DNA of 64,000 bases, taken from contig CANJMM010000001.1 in NCBI GenBank assembly GCA_947475765.1, forward strand, positions 876 to 64,875, read 5' to 3'. The DNA comes from Legionellales bacterium. GTDB taxonomy: Bacteria > Pseudomonadota > Gammaproteobacteria > Berkiellales > Berkiellaceae. Position numbers and translations under genes: made by a program. Below the pieces are notes generated by a model. The model was not told where the DNA came from. It made no database searches and saw only the letters and a list, made by a program, of their open reading frames with translations. Positions within the stretch are counted from its first letter, which is position 1. Each line of letters starts with the position of its first letter. Shown here one piece after another: positions 9,232-18,305 of the stretch.

Positions 9232-10572
9232 CTAACTTCTCATTCTTTTTATAATGCGGCTGAAACAACCATCCGTAGGGCAAACTTTTAGTTTTTTAGG
9301 CTGCTCTTTCGCATCAGAAATTGATTTTAAGGCTTGATCTGCTGTCCATCTGTTTTCTCTCTTAACTCTTAACAATCCTGATAGAAGCAAATCCGGTTCA
9401 ATCTGTTTTTTAACAGAAGGAAATTTCCCTTGATGATATAACTGATGTAAAACAACCCCTAATGCAAACATATCATTGGCTGAATGTGGCACACCATATT
9501 CTGGCTTTGCAAGAATCTGGATTGCTAGATCTCTGCCATAACTTAAGGCTCTTCTATGATGAAAATAATGATGTTGAGCAGAATAGGGATTTTGGTAAAA
9601 TGAAGACATTTCTGGAGACTCATATCCTAGAGTTGCCAATGCTTCTCCCTCATAACTAAAATTAAAAAAACTTTTTTTAACGGTTAAACCAAAGTCTGCC
9701 AATTCCACACGATAATTCCCAGTGCCATCTGAAAAGACTAAAATATTTTTTAATTTAATATCTTGATGAATGGCGCCAACATCATGCATTATTTTGATTG
9801 CTTGCAATAATTGCAATGCTATTTTATCCCGTTGTTCAAGGGTGAGCATTTTTCCCTGAGGGCTGTTTAAAAAATCCTCTAAATCTCCCCCATCGGCCCA
9901 TTTAGAATAAAACGATATTTTTCTAGCATAAGCTTCTTTTCCTGTTCTGCGCATGCCCGACTTAGCAATAACCGCCCCCAAACTGGGACAATTTAGAACT
10001 GAGGGATTCTGCTTTTCTTGAACAAAACTTTGCGCAAGTCTTGCTTCTGAAAACGCCTCTGCAAGCAAAGCTTTTTCTGAGTCTGGTGTGGATTTAGGTA
10101 CATAAAAAACGGAATTTGCCCATTTTTCTGGTGCTTCACTATCAATACGCCAAGCTGGCTTTGTTGTTTTAGAGGTACCTGAGAAAGTTTTCATGCTAAG
10201 CTCTTTGACTACTTGGCCATTAAAACCTTCTTTTTTTCTTTTTGTTTCCAAAATCAAACAAAGATCTGTTTGTTCTATATCAAAAATGATATTTAAAGTC
10301 CGAGGCAATTTTGTATTTTTTTTATCCAAACGATAAGATGGTGCCTCTTCTAAAGCTGCATCATTAAAATGCTGTGTTAAAATATGACGCTTATCAATCA
10401 TAAATTGATAACAACGCTTAAGATCTTCAACTGAAATCAAGCCTATTAATTCTTTTGGCAAGCATCCCGTTTCGTCGATGTCAGCCTTGTTTTTCTTTAA
10501 TCGTTCAAAAAATAAGTCTATCATATTCGATTTTTTTAAAGGTTTTTGAAATTTAAACAGCATACTTGGCAT
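9232..10572 (-). CDS. Eukaryotic-like Ser/Thr protein kinase, paralogue 3
   Basis: IHQDIKLKNILV, LADFG, YESPE and NDMFALGVVL. The upstream spacer is homologous to that of paralogue 2. Confidence 0.85.
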   Translation of the reverse strand: MPSMLFKFQKPLKKSNMIDLFFERLKKNKADIDETGCLPKELIGLISVEDLKRCYQFMIDKRHILTQHFNDAALEEAPSYRLDKKNTKLPRTLNIIFDIEQTDLCLILETKRKKEGFNGQVVKELSMKTFSGTSKTTKPAWRIDSEAPEKWANSVFYVPKSTPDSEKALLAEAFSEARLAQSFVQEKQNPSVLNCPSLGAVIAKSGMRRTGKEAYARKISFYSKWADGGDLEDFLNSPQGKMLTLEQRDKIALQLLQAIKIMHDVGAIHQDIKLKNILVFSDGTGNYRVELADFGLTVKKSFFNFSYEGEALATLGYESPEMSSFYQNPYSAQHHYFHHRRALSYGRDLAIQILAKPEYGVPHSANDMFALGVVLHQLYHQGKFPSVKKQIEPDLLLSGLLRVKRENRWTADQALKSISDAKEQPKKLKVCPTDGCFSRIIKRMRS

Positions 10573-10684
10573 AAAAACTCCTACTGACTACTTATAAAAA
10601 GGCTTACCTTTGTGGCTAACTTATAATTATAGGCAATAAAAGTAAATTTAATATACAGTAGGGGTGACTATCCGACGAACGGTA

Positions 10685-11614
10685 TTAAAGCGCCGATAAG
10701 TGGTATGGAGAGGCAGTCTGTAAAAATTTTTTAAGCTCATTTTTGACTTCAGGATGTTTTAAAGCATAGTGCAAAGTCGCCAAAACATAGCCGGCTTTGC
10801 TACCACAATCAAAACGCTGCCCCTCAAAACGATAGGCATAAACTTCATTTTTACTGTAGGTCAATAATCTTGAAATGGCATCGGTTAATTGTAATTCGGG
10901 CTTATGCTGCATACCCGATAAATCATGTAACTTCATCATATCTGCTAAAATAAGCAAAATATCTGCATCCAAAATATAACGACCCACCACGCCAAAGTCA
11001 GAGGGGGCTTCTGCTGCAGTTGGTTTTTCAATAATACCGTTTAATTTGGCAATTCGGCTAAAGCTTTCTGCCACAGAGATAACACCATATTGATTCAGTT
11101 TATGAAAAGGAACGGTTTCTACGGCAATAATAGATTGCTGTATTTCTTGATAAAGTGAAACCATTTGCGCTAAGCACCCTTGAGGGGCATCAATTAAATC
11201 ATCGGCCAGAATCACCGCAAAAGGATCGCTGCCAATCAAAGATTTTGCGCACAATATCGCATGGCCTAAACCTAAAGGCTGAGACTGCCTCAAGTAAATA
11301 CAATTGATTTTATCAGGATGAATGGCTTTTACCTGTTTGAGTAAATCAAATTTTTCAGTTTTTTCAAGATGATATTCTAATTCAAAATTGGTATCAAAAT
11401 GATCTTCTATGGCGCGTTTAGAATGATTCGTAATAAAAATCAAATCTGTAATACCCGCCTCAATGGCTTCTTCCACAGCATATTGAATAAGCGGCTTATC
11501 GACAATGGGTAACATTTCTTTAGGATTTGCTTTAGTGGCAGGTAAAAACCGTGTCCCTAACCCAGCTACCGGAAAAACTGCTTTGGTTATTTTTTTATTT
11601 TTCACTGATTCCAT
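10685..11614 (-). CDS. galU: UTP-glucose-1-phosphate uridylyltransferase
   Basis: VFPVAGLGTRFLPATKANPKEMLPIVDKPLIQY. The ATG at 11614 overlaps the upstream stop as TAATG. The ORF-track start at 11623 is a TTG. Confidence 0.9.
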   Translation of the reverse strand: MESVKNKKITKAVFPVAGLGTRFLPATKANPKEMLPIVDKPLIQYAVEEAIEAGITDLIFITNHSKRAIEDHFDTNFELEYHLEKTEKFDLLKQVKAIHPDKINCIYLRQSQPLGLGHAILCAKSLIGSDPFAVILADDLIDAPQGCLAQMVSLYQEIQQSIIAVETVPFHKLNQYGVISVAESFSRIAKLNGIIEKPTAAEAPSDFGVVGRYILDADILLILADMMKLHDLSGMQHKPELQLTDAISRLLTYSKNEVYAYRFEGQRFDCGSKAGYVLATLHYALKHPEVKNELKKFLQTASPYHLSAL

Positions 11615-13485
11615 TATGAACAAACCACTCTATTTTTATTTTCTTGCCCATCTTCTAACAACTCGAACATTAAATCGCTCAGATTTTCTTTTTTTAATGT
11701 ACCCCCTAAACACTGAAACAAATAACTAATTTGATGGGGAAAATTAGGGGAAAGCACCCTAGATTTTGCCAACATAATTTTACTGTTTTGTGTTGCCAAA
11801 TGTGATTCTGCCTCATGAAATAATGCCTCATGAAGTTTTTCACCTGGCCTTAATCCTGAATACACAATATCAATCTCTTCTACAATTTTTTTACCTGCCA
11901 AACGAATCATTTGTTCGGCCAAATAACGAATATTAACCGATTCACCCATATTCAAAACAAACAGCTCTCCCCCTTCCCCTTGGCTAAAAGCTTGCAAAAT
12001 TAATTGTGCTGCTTCTGAAATTGTCATAAAATAACGGGTCACATCAGGATGGGTTACCGTAAGCGGCCCACCTTGCAGCAATTGTTGCTTGAAAATTTCT
12101 ACCACTGAGCCTCTAGAGCCTAATACATTACCAAATCGCACGGTAATATAACTTGTTTTGCCTAAACAGGTAAAATACTGACAAATCATCTCGGCAATAC
12201 GTTTACTTGCCCCCATGATATTACTGGGGTTCACTGCCTTGTCTGTTGAGACTAATACAAATTTTTCTACGCCATATGCTTTTGCTTTTTCAGCCAATCG
12301 ATAAGTGCCTAACATGTTATTTTTAATGGCTGAGCGAACTTGAGGCTCTAAAATAGGGACATGTTTATAGGCTGCCGCGTGAAATATGACTTCTGGCCGA
12401 TAAGTAGCAAATAAATAATCCAGTTCATTATTATCGGTCACATCTGCCAAATAAAAAACAATATTGTCTGTTTTGTTTGGAAAATTTAGCTCAAATTCAC
12501 GCTGCAGCTGAAAAATATTATATTCTGAATGGTCTAGAATAATGATTTTTTTAGGCTGAAATCTTAAGATTTGCCGGCATAACTCAGAGCCAATCGATCC
12601 AGCGCCCCCTGTGACACAAATCACTTTATTTTCAATGGCTTTATCAATAAGATGATTTTCAAGCTGAACGGGATCACGCCCCAACAAATCCTCAAGAGAT
12701 ATTTCCCTTAAAGACTGAACATTTAATTTACCCTGAACCAAATCGCCTACACTAGGCAAAGTTTGAATGGGTATTTTTACACGTTCACAAAAAGATAAAA
12801 TGCGTCTCATTTTAGAAGCATTTGCAGAAGGAATAGCAATTAAAATCCTGTCGATTTGATATTTTTTAACCATTTTTTCGACTTTATCGATGCCCCCACA
12901 TATGGGAATACCTTGAATATCTCGACCAATTTTTTTAGGATCGTCGTCTATAAATACGACTGGCCTCAAAGCAGGGAAGGTTTTCAATAAATCCCGCACG
13001 ATGGCTTCTCCGGCTGTACCTGCCCCAACTATCATGACTTTTTCATTAGTTTGTTGAAATAAGCCTTTGTTGTCTTTTAGCCATCTAAAGCCAAAACGAG
13101 CCCCCCCTAATAAAAGCAGCAACCCCATGCTATAAATAGGAAAAACCGAACGGGGTATATTTTCAAGACGTGTACTTAAAAATAATAGGCTAATTAAAAA
13201 AAAGCTCCCCACTATAATAGCCTTAATAATGCGACTTAAATCAGGCAAAGAGGCAAAACGCCAAACCCCCCGATATAATCCAAAAAAATAAAATGCCATC
13301 ACTTGTATGAACATCACGCCAGGCAAAAATTTAGTACTTTCTAGCAACATTTCATTGGGTATATGGCCTAAATTAAATCGCAGCCAATAAGCTCCCACCC
13401 AAGCAATGGGAATACACACTGCGTCAAAAATAAAAGCTGACCAACGACTTCGCCATCTTAATTTAACCTGAAAGATATAAGGCAT
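11614..13485 (-). CDS. Membrane-anchored nucleotide-sugar 4,6-dehydratase, CapD/WbpM/PglF family
   Basis: N-terminal TM helices, then two Rossmann motifs: VGAGTAGEAI and VTGGAGSIGSEL. Confidence 0.85.
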   Translation of the reverse strand: MPYIFQVKLRWRSRWSAFIFDAVCIPIAWVGAYWLRFNLGHIPNEMLLESTKFLPGVMFIQVMAFYFFGLYRGVWRFASLPDLSRIIKAIIVGSFFLISLLFLSTRLENIPRSVFPIYSMGLLLLLGGARFGFRWLKDNKGLFQQTNEKVMIVGAGTAGEAIVRDLLKTFPALRPVVFIDDDPKKIGRDIQGIPICGGIDKVEKMVKKYQIDRILIAIPSANASKMRRILSFCERVKIPIQTLPSVGDLVQGKLNVQSLREISLEDLLGRDPVQLENHLIDKAIENKVICVTGGAGSIGSELCRQILRFQPKKIIILDHSEYNIFQLQREFELNFPNKTDNIVFYLADVTDNNELDYLFATYRPEVIFHAAAYKHVPILEPQVRSAIKNNMLGTYRLAEKAKAYGVEKFVLVSTDKAVNPSNIMGASKRIAEMICQYFTCLGKTSYITVRFGNVLGSRGSVVEIFKQQLLQGGPLTVTHPDVTRYFMTISEAAQLILQAFSQGEGGELFVLNMGESVNIRYLAEQMIRLAGKKIVEEIDIVYSGLRPGEKLHEALFHEAESHLATQNSKIMLAKSRVLSPNFPHQISYLFQCLGGTLKKENLSDLMFELLEDGQENKNRVVCS

Positions 13486-13528
13486 TGAACACTCCTTGTT
13501 TGATGATATTATTATTTTATGGTTAAGC

Positions 13529-14584
13529 TTAAGTTGGGTGCCAAGTTTTAAACATCGGTTTTAAATATTCTACGATTAAATACAATCCGGTTAAAAACAT
13601 ACCGGCATAAGCAAAAAGCGTTAAGCCTAATTCTGGCTGTTGAAAGGCCATGTAAGCCATCCAAGCTAAAAAGCTATTCACAGAGATAATCATCAATAAC
13701 ACAGTCCGATGAGAAAACTGGCGTTGCAATAGTCTTTGGTAGGCATGAGAAGCATGCGCAGTTAAGATATTCTCTTTTTTTAATAATCGTCGCATCAGCG
13801 TAAAACTGGCATCAAACCAAAATACACCTGAAATAATTAACCAAACAAAAATAGAGACGCCATACCAAATAGAGCCAATCAGTGCAAAAGTCGCCATGAG
13901 CAAGCCTAAAAAGCCACTGCCTGTATCCCCTAAGAAAATTCTAGCCGGCGGCCAGTTCCAGGTTAAAAACCCTGCAAGTAATGCCACTAAGCCCCAACTT
14001 AATAACATTAAGATTTCACTGTCCAATTGCCAAAAAATATAAGCCGCTAATCCAAAAAAGAAAATAGCCTCTGTTCCCGCTATACCATCCATTCCATCCA
14101 TAAAATTAAATAAATTGGTGAACCAAACTATACCGATTATTACACCTAAAAATAGCGCCCAAATAGGGACAAGAGAGGAAAAATTTGGCGGGAATAACAC
14201 CTCTATTTGACTCACCCCTAAGGCCCAAAGCATTATCATTGCTGAAAAAATATGCACCCCTAATCTAAACAAAGCCGATCGAGATTGACGATCGTCTAGA
14301 TAGCCTACATAGCCTACTATCATAGCAGGGCCAAAAATCAAGCCGATTTGATAAGGAAGTTGAAAATAATAGATAACCACGCCTAAAAAGATGCCCCATA
14401 AAAGCACCAAGGGTAAACCGCCCCCCCTTGGGGTGACGACTTTATGAGCAGAACGAGAATTCGGTAAATCTAAAATGCCTCGATTTAAAGCATAAGAGTA
14501 ATATATACCAATAGAAGCAACCGATAAGCCATACATTAAAAAACTAAAGACCACCCAATATTTTAAAGTCCAATCTAACATCAT
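13529..14584 (-). CDS. Glycosyltransferase family 4, polyprenyl-phosphate HexNAc-1-P transferase (WbpL/WecA-like)
   Basis: Polytopic membrane protein with NFMDGMDGIAG and IFLGDTGSGFLG motifs. Confidence 0.85.
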   Translation of the reverse strand: MMLDWTLKYWVVFSFLMYGLSVASIGIYYSYALNRGILDLPNSRSAHKVVTPRGGGLPLVLLWGIFLGVVIYYFQLPYQIGLIFGPAMIVGYVGYLDDRQSRSALFRLGVHIFSAMIMLWALGVSQIEVLFPPNFSSLVPIWALFLGVIIGIVWFTNLFNFMDGMDGIAGTEAIFFFGLAAYIFWQLDSEILMLLSWGLVALLAGFLTWNWPPARIFLGDTGSGFLGLLMATFALIGSIWYGVSIFVWLIISGVFWFDASFTLMRRLLKKENILTAHASHAYQRLLQRQFSHRTVLLMIISVNSFLAWMAYMAFQQPELGLTLFAYAGMFLTGLYLIVEYLKPMFKTWHPT

Positions 14585-15321
14585 AAGGCCTCATTGCCAT
14601 TGCTAATGCTCACGCTAATAGACTGGTTAATTGCCTGAATAACAGCCATGGGATCTTTGGCTCCGGTAATAGGCCTTCCTATCACTAAATAATTTGCCCC
14701 TAATTCAATCGCTGCTTTGGGGGTCATGATTCTTTTTTGATCTTGGCTTTTATCTGTTTCAAGGCGAATGCCCGGTGTCACGGTAATAAAATTTTTACCA
14801 CAGTTTTTCTCTGCTTTAATTAAACTTGCCTCTTGTGCAGAACAGACTACCCCATCTAAGCCACAATTTTTGGCCAATTGTGCTAATTTTAATACCGTAT
14901 TTTCTACGGGTCCAGTTAAGCCTATTTCAAGTAAATCGGCCAAATCATGGCTGGTTAATATTGTCACGGCAATTAATAAAGGCCTATGCCCGTGTTCTAG
15001 GGCATACGCTTCTAAAGCTTGTTGTGCTGCTCGCATCATATTGCTGCCGCCTAAAGCATGTACATTCACCATCCAGACACCTAATTTTGCAGCTTCAACC
15101 ACTGCATGCGCCACTTGATTTGGAATATCATGAAATTTAAGGTCTAAAAAAATTTTAAAGCCTTTATCAATGAGTCCACGCACAAAACTAGGTCCTTTTG
15201 CGGTAAATAAAGCCTTCCCTATTTTAAGAATACAATCTTGTGGTGTTAATTGGCTTAATAATTTCTCTACTTGCTCAATATTATCTAAATCTAAGGCAAT
15301 AATAATATTCGGGACATTCAT
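14581..15321 (-). CDS. pyrF: Orotidine 5'-phosphate decarboxylase
   Basis: IIALDLD, FLDLKFHDIPN and VIGRPI motifs. 4-nt overlap with the downstream gene. Confidence 0.9.
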   Translation of the reverse strand: MNVPNIIIALDLDNIEQVEKLLSQLTPQDCILKIGKALFTAKGPSFVRGLIDKGFKIFLDLKFHDIPNQVAHAVVEAAKLGVWMVNVHALGGSNMMRAAQQALEAYALEHGHRPLLIAVTILTSHDLADLLEIGLTGPVENTVLKLAQLAKNCGLDGVVCSAQEASLIKAEKNCGKNFITVTPGIRLETDKSQDQKRIMTPKAAIELGANYLVIGRPITGAKDPMAVIQAINQSISVSISNGNEAL

Positions 15322-15411
15322 CGTTATTACACCAAATAATAAATTAATACAAAATCAACCGCTATTATATAATTATTTACATAACTTTTATACTCTAAAA
15401 TTTTCTAAAAT

Positions 15412-15669
15412 TTATTTAGGGTTATTTTTAAGCTTATCTAACTGGCTTTTAATCTGTTTGATTTTGTGTTTAGCTATCCATAATTTTGAGCCTAATAGCA
15501 TTGAGGTAAAAATCACCCCAAAGCACATGGCTAAAAATAATAAAAAAGCCAAGGGCAAGCTCTGCTTACCTATAAAATAATTAATTTCTATTGGCTGTGA
15601 ATTTAAAGCAGAAAAAATAGCGGTAATGATAATAAAACTCGCAATTATTATCCATTTGATAATCAGCAT
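15412..15669 (-). CDS. lapA: LapA (YciS) family inner-membrane protein
   Basis: 85 aa with two TM helices when started at ATG 15669, which has a GGGAG RBS. The longer ORF-track version (to 15753) runs through the rpsA terminator hairpin. Confidence 0.65.
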   Translation of the reverse strand: MLIIKWIIIASFIIITAIFSALNSQPIEINYFIGKQSLPLAFLLFLAMCFGVIFTSMLLGSKLWIAKHKIKQIKSQLDKLKNNPK

Positions 15670-15709
15670 GTAAACTCCCTGTATGCTCTTTTTGGTTATT
15701 TTGGCACAT

Positions 15710-15737
15710 AAAAAAACGGCAGGATATCCTCCTGCCG
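15710..15737 (-). terminator. Rho-independent terminator downstream of rpsA
   Basis: 8-bp stem cggcagga / tcctgccg (15717-15737) with a 5-nt loop, followed on the minus strand by a U-run (plus-strand A-run at 15710-15716). Confidence 0.7.
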
Positions 15738-15768
15738 CTTTTAAAAAAGTCACTAAAGCTAATTAAGC

Positions 15769-17502
15769 TTAATCGTCTTTAGTATTCATATGCTCTTTCA
15801 GCAAATCACCTAACGTACCTGAGGCTGAGCTGCTGCTTTGCGTTTCTTTATTGCTACCACGTGTATAATCACGAAGCGCATCGGCCTCTTCTTGATTTTC
15901 TTTGGCTTTAATCGATAGCATTAATTGACGATTTTTTCTATCGACATTAATAAATTTCGCTTCGATTTCCTGCCCCACGGTTAACAAGGTTCTCGCATCT
16001 TCCACACGCTCTTTAGTAAGCTCAGAAGCTTTAAGATAGCCTTCTACGCCTTCTGCTAGCTCAATGGTTGCGCCTTTAGCATCAACTGCCGTCACTTTAC
16101 CCAATACCATGGTGCCTTTTGCATGATCAGCCAGGTAATGAGAATACGGATCGGATTCTAATTGCTTAATGCCTAAAGAAATACGTTCTCTTTCTGGATC
16201 AACAGAAAGAATAACGGCTTCGAGTTCATCGCCTTTCTTAAATTGGCGAACCGCTTCTTCTCCTGGAATATTCCAAGAAATATCAGACAGATGCACTAAG
16301 CCATCTATGCCGCCTTCGAGCCCAATGAAAATACCAAAATCTGTAATCGATTTGATTTTTCCAGAGATTTTATCGCCTTTGTTATTTTGCTCTGCAAACG
16401 CTTCCCATGGGCTACTTTTGCACTGCTTTAAGCCTAAGGAGATACGACGACGTTCTTCATCGATATCTAAAACCATGACTTCGACTTGTTGGCCAGCTTC
16501 TACGATTTTGCTTGGATGAATATTGCGATTGGTCCAATCCATTTCAGAAACGTGAACCAAACCTTCAATGCCTTCTTCTAGTTGAACAAAGCAACCGTAA
16601 TCTGCAATATTCGTGACTTTACCGGCTACTTTAGCGCCTTCAGGATAACGTTTTGCCACGCCGACCCAAGGATCGTCACCTAATTGTTTTAAGCCTAATG
16701 ATACCCGCATTTTTTCACGATCGAAGCGCAATACTTTAACTTCAAGCTCTTGGCCTACCGATAACAATTCGCTAGGATGCTTAACACGCTTCCAAGAAAT
16801 ATCGGTAATATGTAATAAACCATCTACACCGCCTAAATCAACAAATGCGCCATAATCCGTTAAGTTTTTCACCACGCCCTTGACCACTTGTCCTTCTTGC
16901 ATATTTTCTAACAAGAGTGCTCTTTCTGGGCTACTTTCTGATGAAAAGACAGGTCTTCTAGATACAACGACGTTATTACGTTTTTGATCTAATTTAATGA
17001 TTTTAAATTCTAAATCTTTGCCTTCAAGATGGCTGGAATCGCGAACAGGACGCACATCAATTAACGATCCGGGTAAGAATGCCCGAACGCCATTAATATC
17101 GACCGTAAAGCCGCCTTTAACTTTGCCATAAATAACACCAATGACTGATTTTTCTTCAGCAAAAGCTCTTTCCAGATCTTTCCAAGATTCGACACGTTTT
17201 GCTTTAATACGAGAAAGGCGTGTTTCACCATAACCATCTTCAACCACTTCAAGGGCAACAGGAACCATGTCGCCTACTTCAATTTCGATGGTGCCATCTG
17301 CTGCCATAAATTCTTCAAGACGAACGGTCGCCTCAGATTTTAAAGGCGTGTCAATTTTAACCAGGCCTTTTTCTTTATTGATTTCCAGTACTTTGCCATC
17401 AAAGACTGTGCCAGGGCGCATGTTTATTTTGCTTAAACTTTCTAGAAAAAGCTTTGCGAAACTGTCAGGGTTATCGCTTATTAGTTGGTTGTCTATATTC
17501 AT
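15769..17502 (-). CDS. rpsA: 30S ribosomal protein S1
   Basis: 577 aa with six S1 repeats (G.V..V..FGAFV-type strings). cmk-rpsA synteny. Confidence 0.95.
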   Translation of the reverse strand: MNIDNQLISDNPDSFAKLFLESLSKINMRPGTVFDGKVLEINKEKGLVKIDTPLKSEATVRLEEFMAADGTIEIEVGDMVPVALEVVEDGYGETRLSRIKAKRVESWKDLERAFAEEKSVIGVIYGKVKGGFTVDINGVRAFLPGSLIDVRPVRDSSHLEGKDLEFKIIKLDQKRNNVVVSRRPVFSSESSPERALLLENMQEGQVVKGVVKNLTDYGAFVDLGGVDGLLHITDISWKRVKHPSELLSVGQELEVKVLRFDREKMRVSLGLKQLGDDPWVGVAKRYPEGAKVAGKVTNIADYGCFVQLEEGIEGLVHVSEMDWTNRNIHPSKIVEAGQQVEVMVLDIDEERRRISLGLKQCKSSPWEAFAEQNNKGDKISGKIKSITDFGIFIGLEGGIDGLVHLSDISWNIPGEEAVRQFKKGDELEAVILSVDPERERISLGIKQLESDPYSHYLADHAKGTMVLGKVTAVDAKGATIELAEGVEGYLKASELTKERVEDARTLLTVGQEIEAKFINVDRKNRQLMLSIKAKENQEEADALRDYTRGSNKETQSSSSASGTLGDLLKEHMNTKDD

Positions 17503-17561
17503 GGTTATTTTTTAAAACTTATCGTTAATTAATATTCAGTCAGCGCGCCGCAATATCATTG

Positions 17562-18305
17562 CTATATTCGCTCTAACCACCCACTCTTAGTCTTGAGATT
17601 TGCCATCAAATCAGGAAAAACCCGAGACACTAAAAGCATACCTTGAGAAACGACTTCATCTATTGTCAAGTTACTTGAATCAATAATAATAGCCCCTTCA
17701 GCTGGTACCAATGGCGAAACCAATCGCTCTCTGTCCCGCCTATCCCTTTGGCTAATCTCTAAAAAAAGATCATCTAAGTTAGCATTTACGCCCATTTCTT
17801 GCAACTGATTAAAGCGTCTTTTTGCCCGAATAGCCGGATCTGCCTCTAAAAAAATTTTTAATTGGGCTTCAGGGAAGATAACTGTCCCCATATCTCGACC
17901 ATCGGCAATCAATCCTGGTAATTCAAGAAAAGCACGTTGTCGTTCAAATAAGGCTTTTCGAACACCAGGTATCGCGGCAATTTTAGAAGCATCTGAGCCA
18001 CATGACTCAGTCCTGAGCTCCTGCGTCACATCTTGGCCTTCTAGTACTGCATGAATTTTATGGCTTGTTTCATCAAATTCGAAACGAATATCTAAATACG
18101 TGCCTAATACTTCTAATGCAGAGTAGTTATCTAACTCAACTGAATGGGATTTTGCGGCCAAACTTAATGCTCTATATAGCGCACCGCTATCTAATAAATG
18201 CCAACCTAATTGTTTGGCAAGAAACACACTCAATGTGCCTTTACCACACCCGCTTGGGCCATCTACCGTAATAACCGGTATTATAATAGGCGTTCTTGTC
18301 GACAT
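17562..18305 (-). CDS. cmk: Cytidylate kinase
   Basis: P-loop ITVDGPSGCGKGT. Position between aroA and rpsA. Confidence 0.9.
   Translation of the reverse strand: MSTRTPIIIPVITVDGPSGCGKGTLSVFLAKQLGWHLLDSGALYRALSLAAKSHSVELDNYSALEVLGTYLDIRFEFDETSHKIHAVLEGQDVTQELRTESCGSDASKIAAIPGVRKALFERQRAFLELPGLIADGRDMGTVIFPEAQLKIFLEADPAIRAKRRFNQLQEMGVNANLDDLFLEISQRDRRDRERLVSPLVPAEGAIIIDSSNLTIDEVVSQGMLLVSRVFPDLMANLKTKSGWLERI

Noticed and set aside
10573-10684. Possible PmrA-type (tandem TTAATATT-like) or CpxR-type (GTAAA repeats) regulator boxes upstream of the kinase genes.
   Set aside because: Only partial matches such as TATATTAAATTTA are present, which is expected in AT-rich DNA. There is no properly spaced tandem repeat of either consensus. 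A plausible sigma-70 -10 element (TATAAT / TATAGT) is all I can support.
5759-10684. Whether the kinase cluster and other inserts are bounded by mobile-element hallmarks such as integrase, transposase, a tRNA attachment site or long direct or inverted repeats.
   Set aside because: None is visible. The only repeat structure is the internal tandem duplication, so I cannot call a genomic island or mobile element from this window.
14768-15580. Three plus-strand ORFs (14768-15118, 14826-15140, 15170-15580) opposite pyrF and lapA.
   Set aside because: They overlap each other and well-supported genes on the other strand, and they carry no recognisable motifs. Treated as shadow ORFs.
16169-17258. 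ORFs inside rpsA: 16169-16519 on the plus strand and 17061-17258 on the minus strand in another frame.
   Set aside because: They are embedded in a highly conserved ribosomal protein gene, with low-complexity or Ser/Leu-rich translations and no start context. Treated as shadow ORFs.
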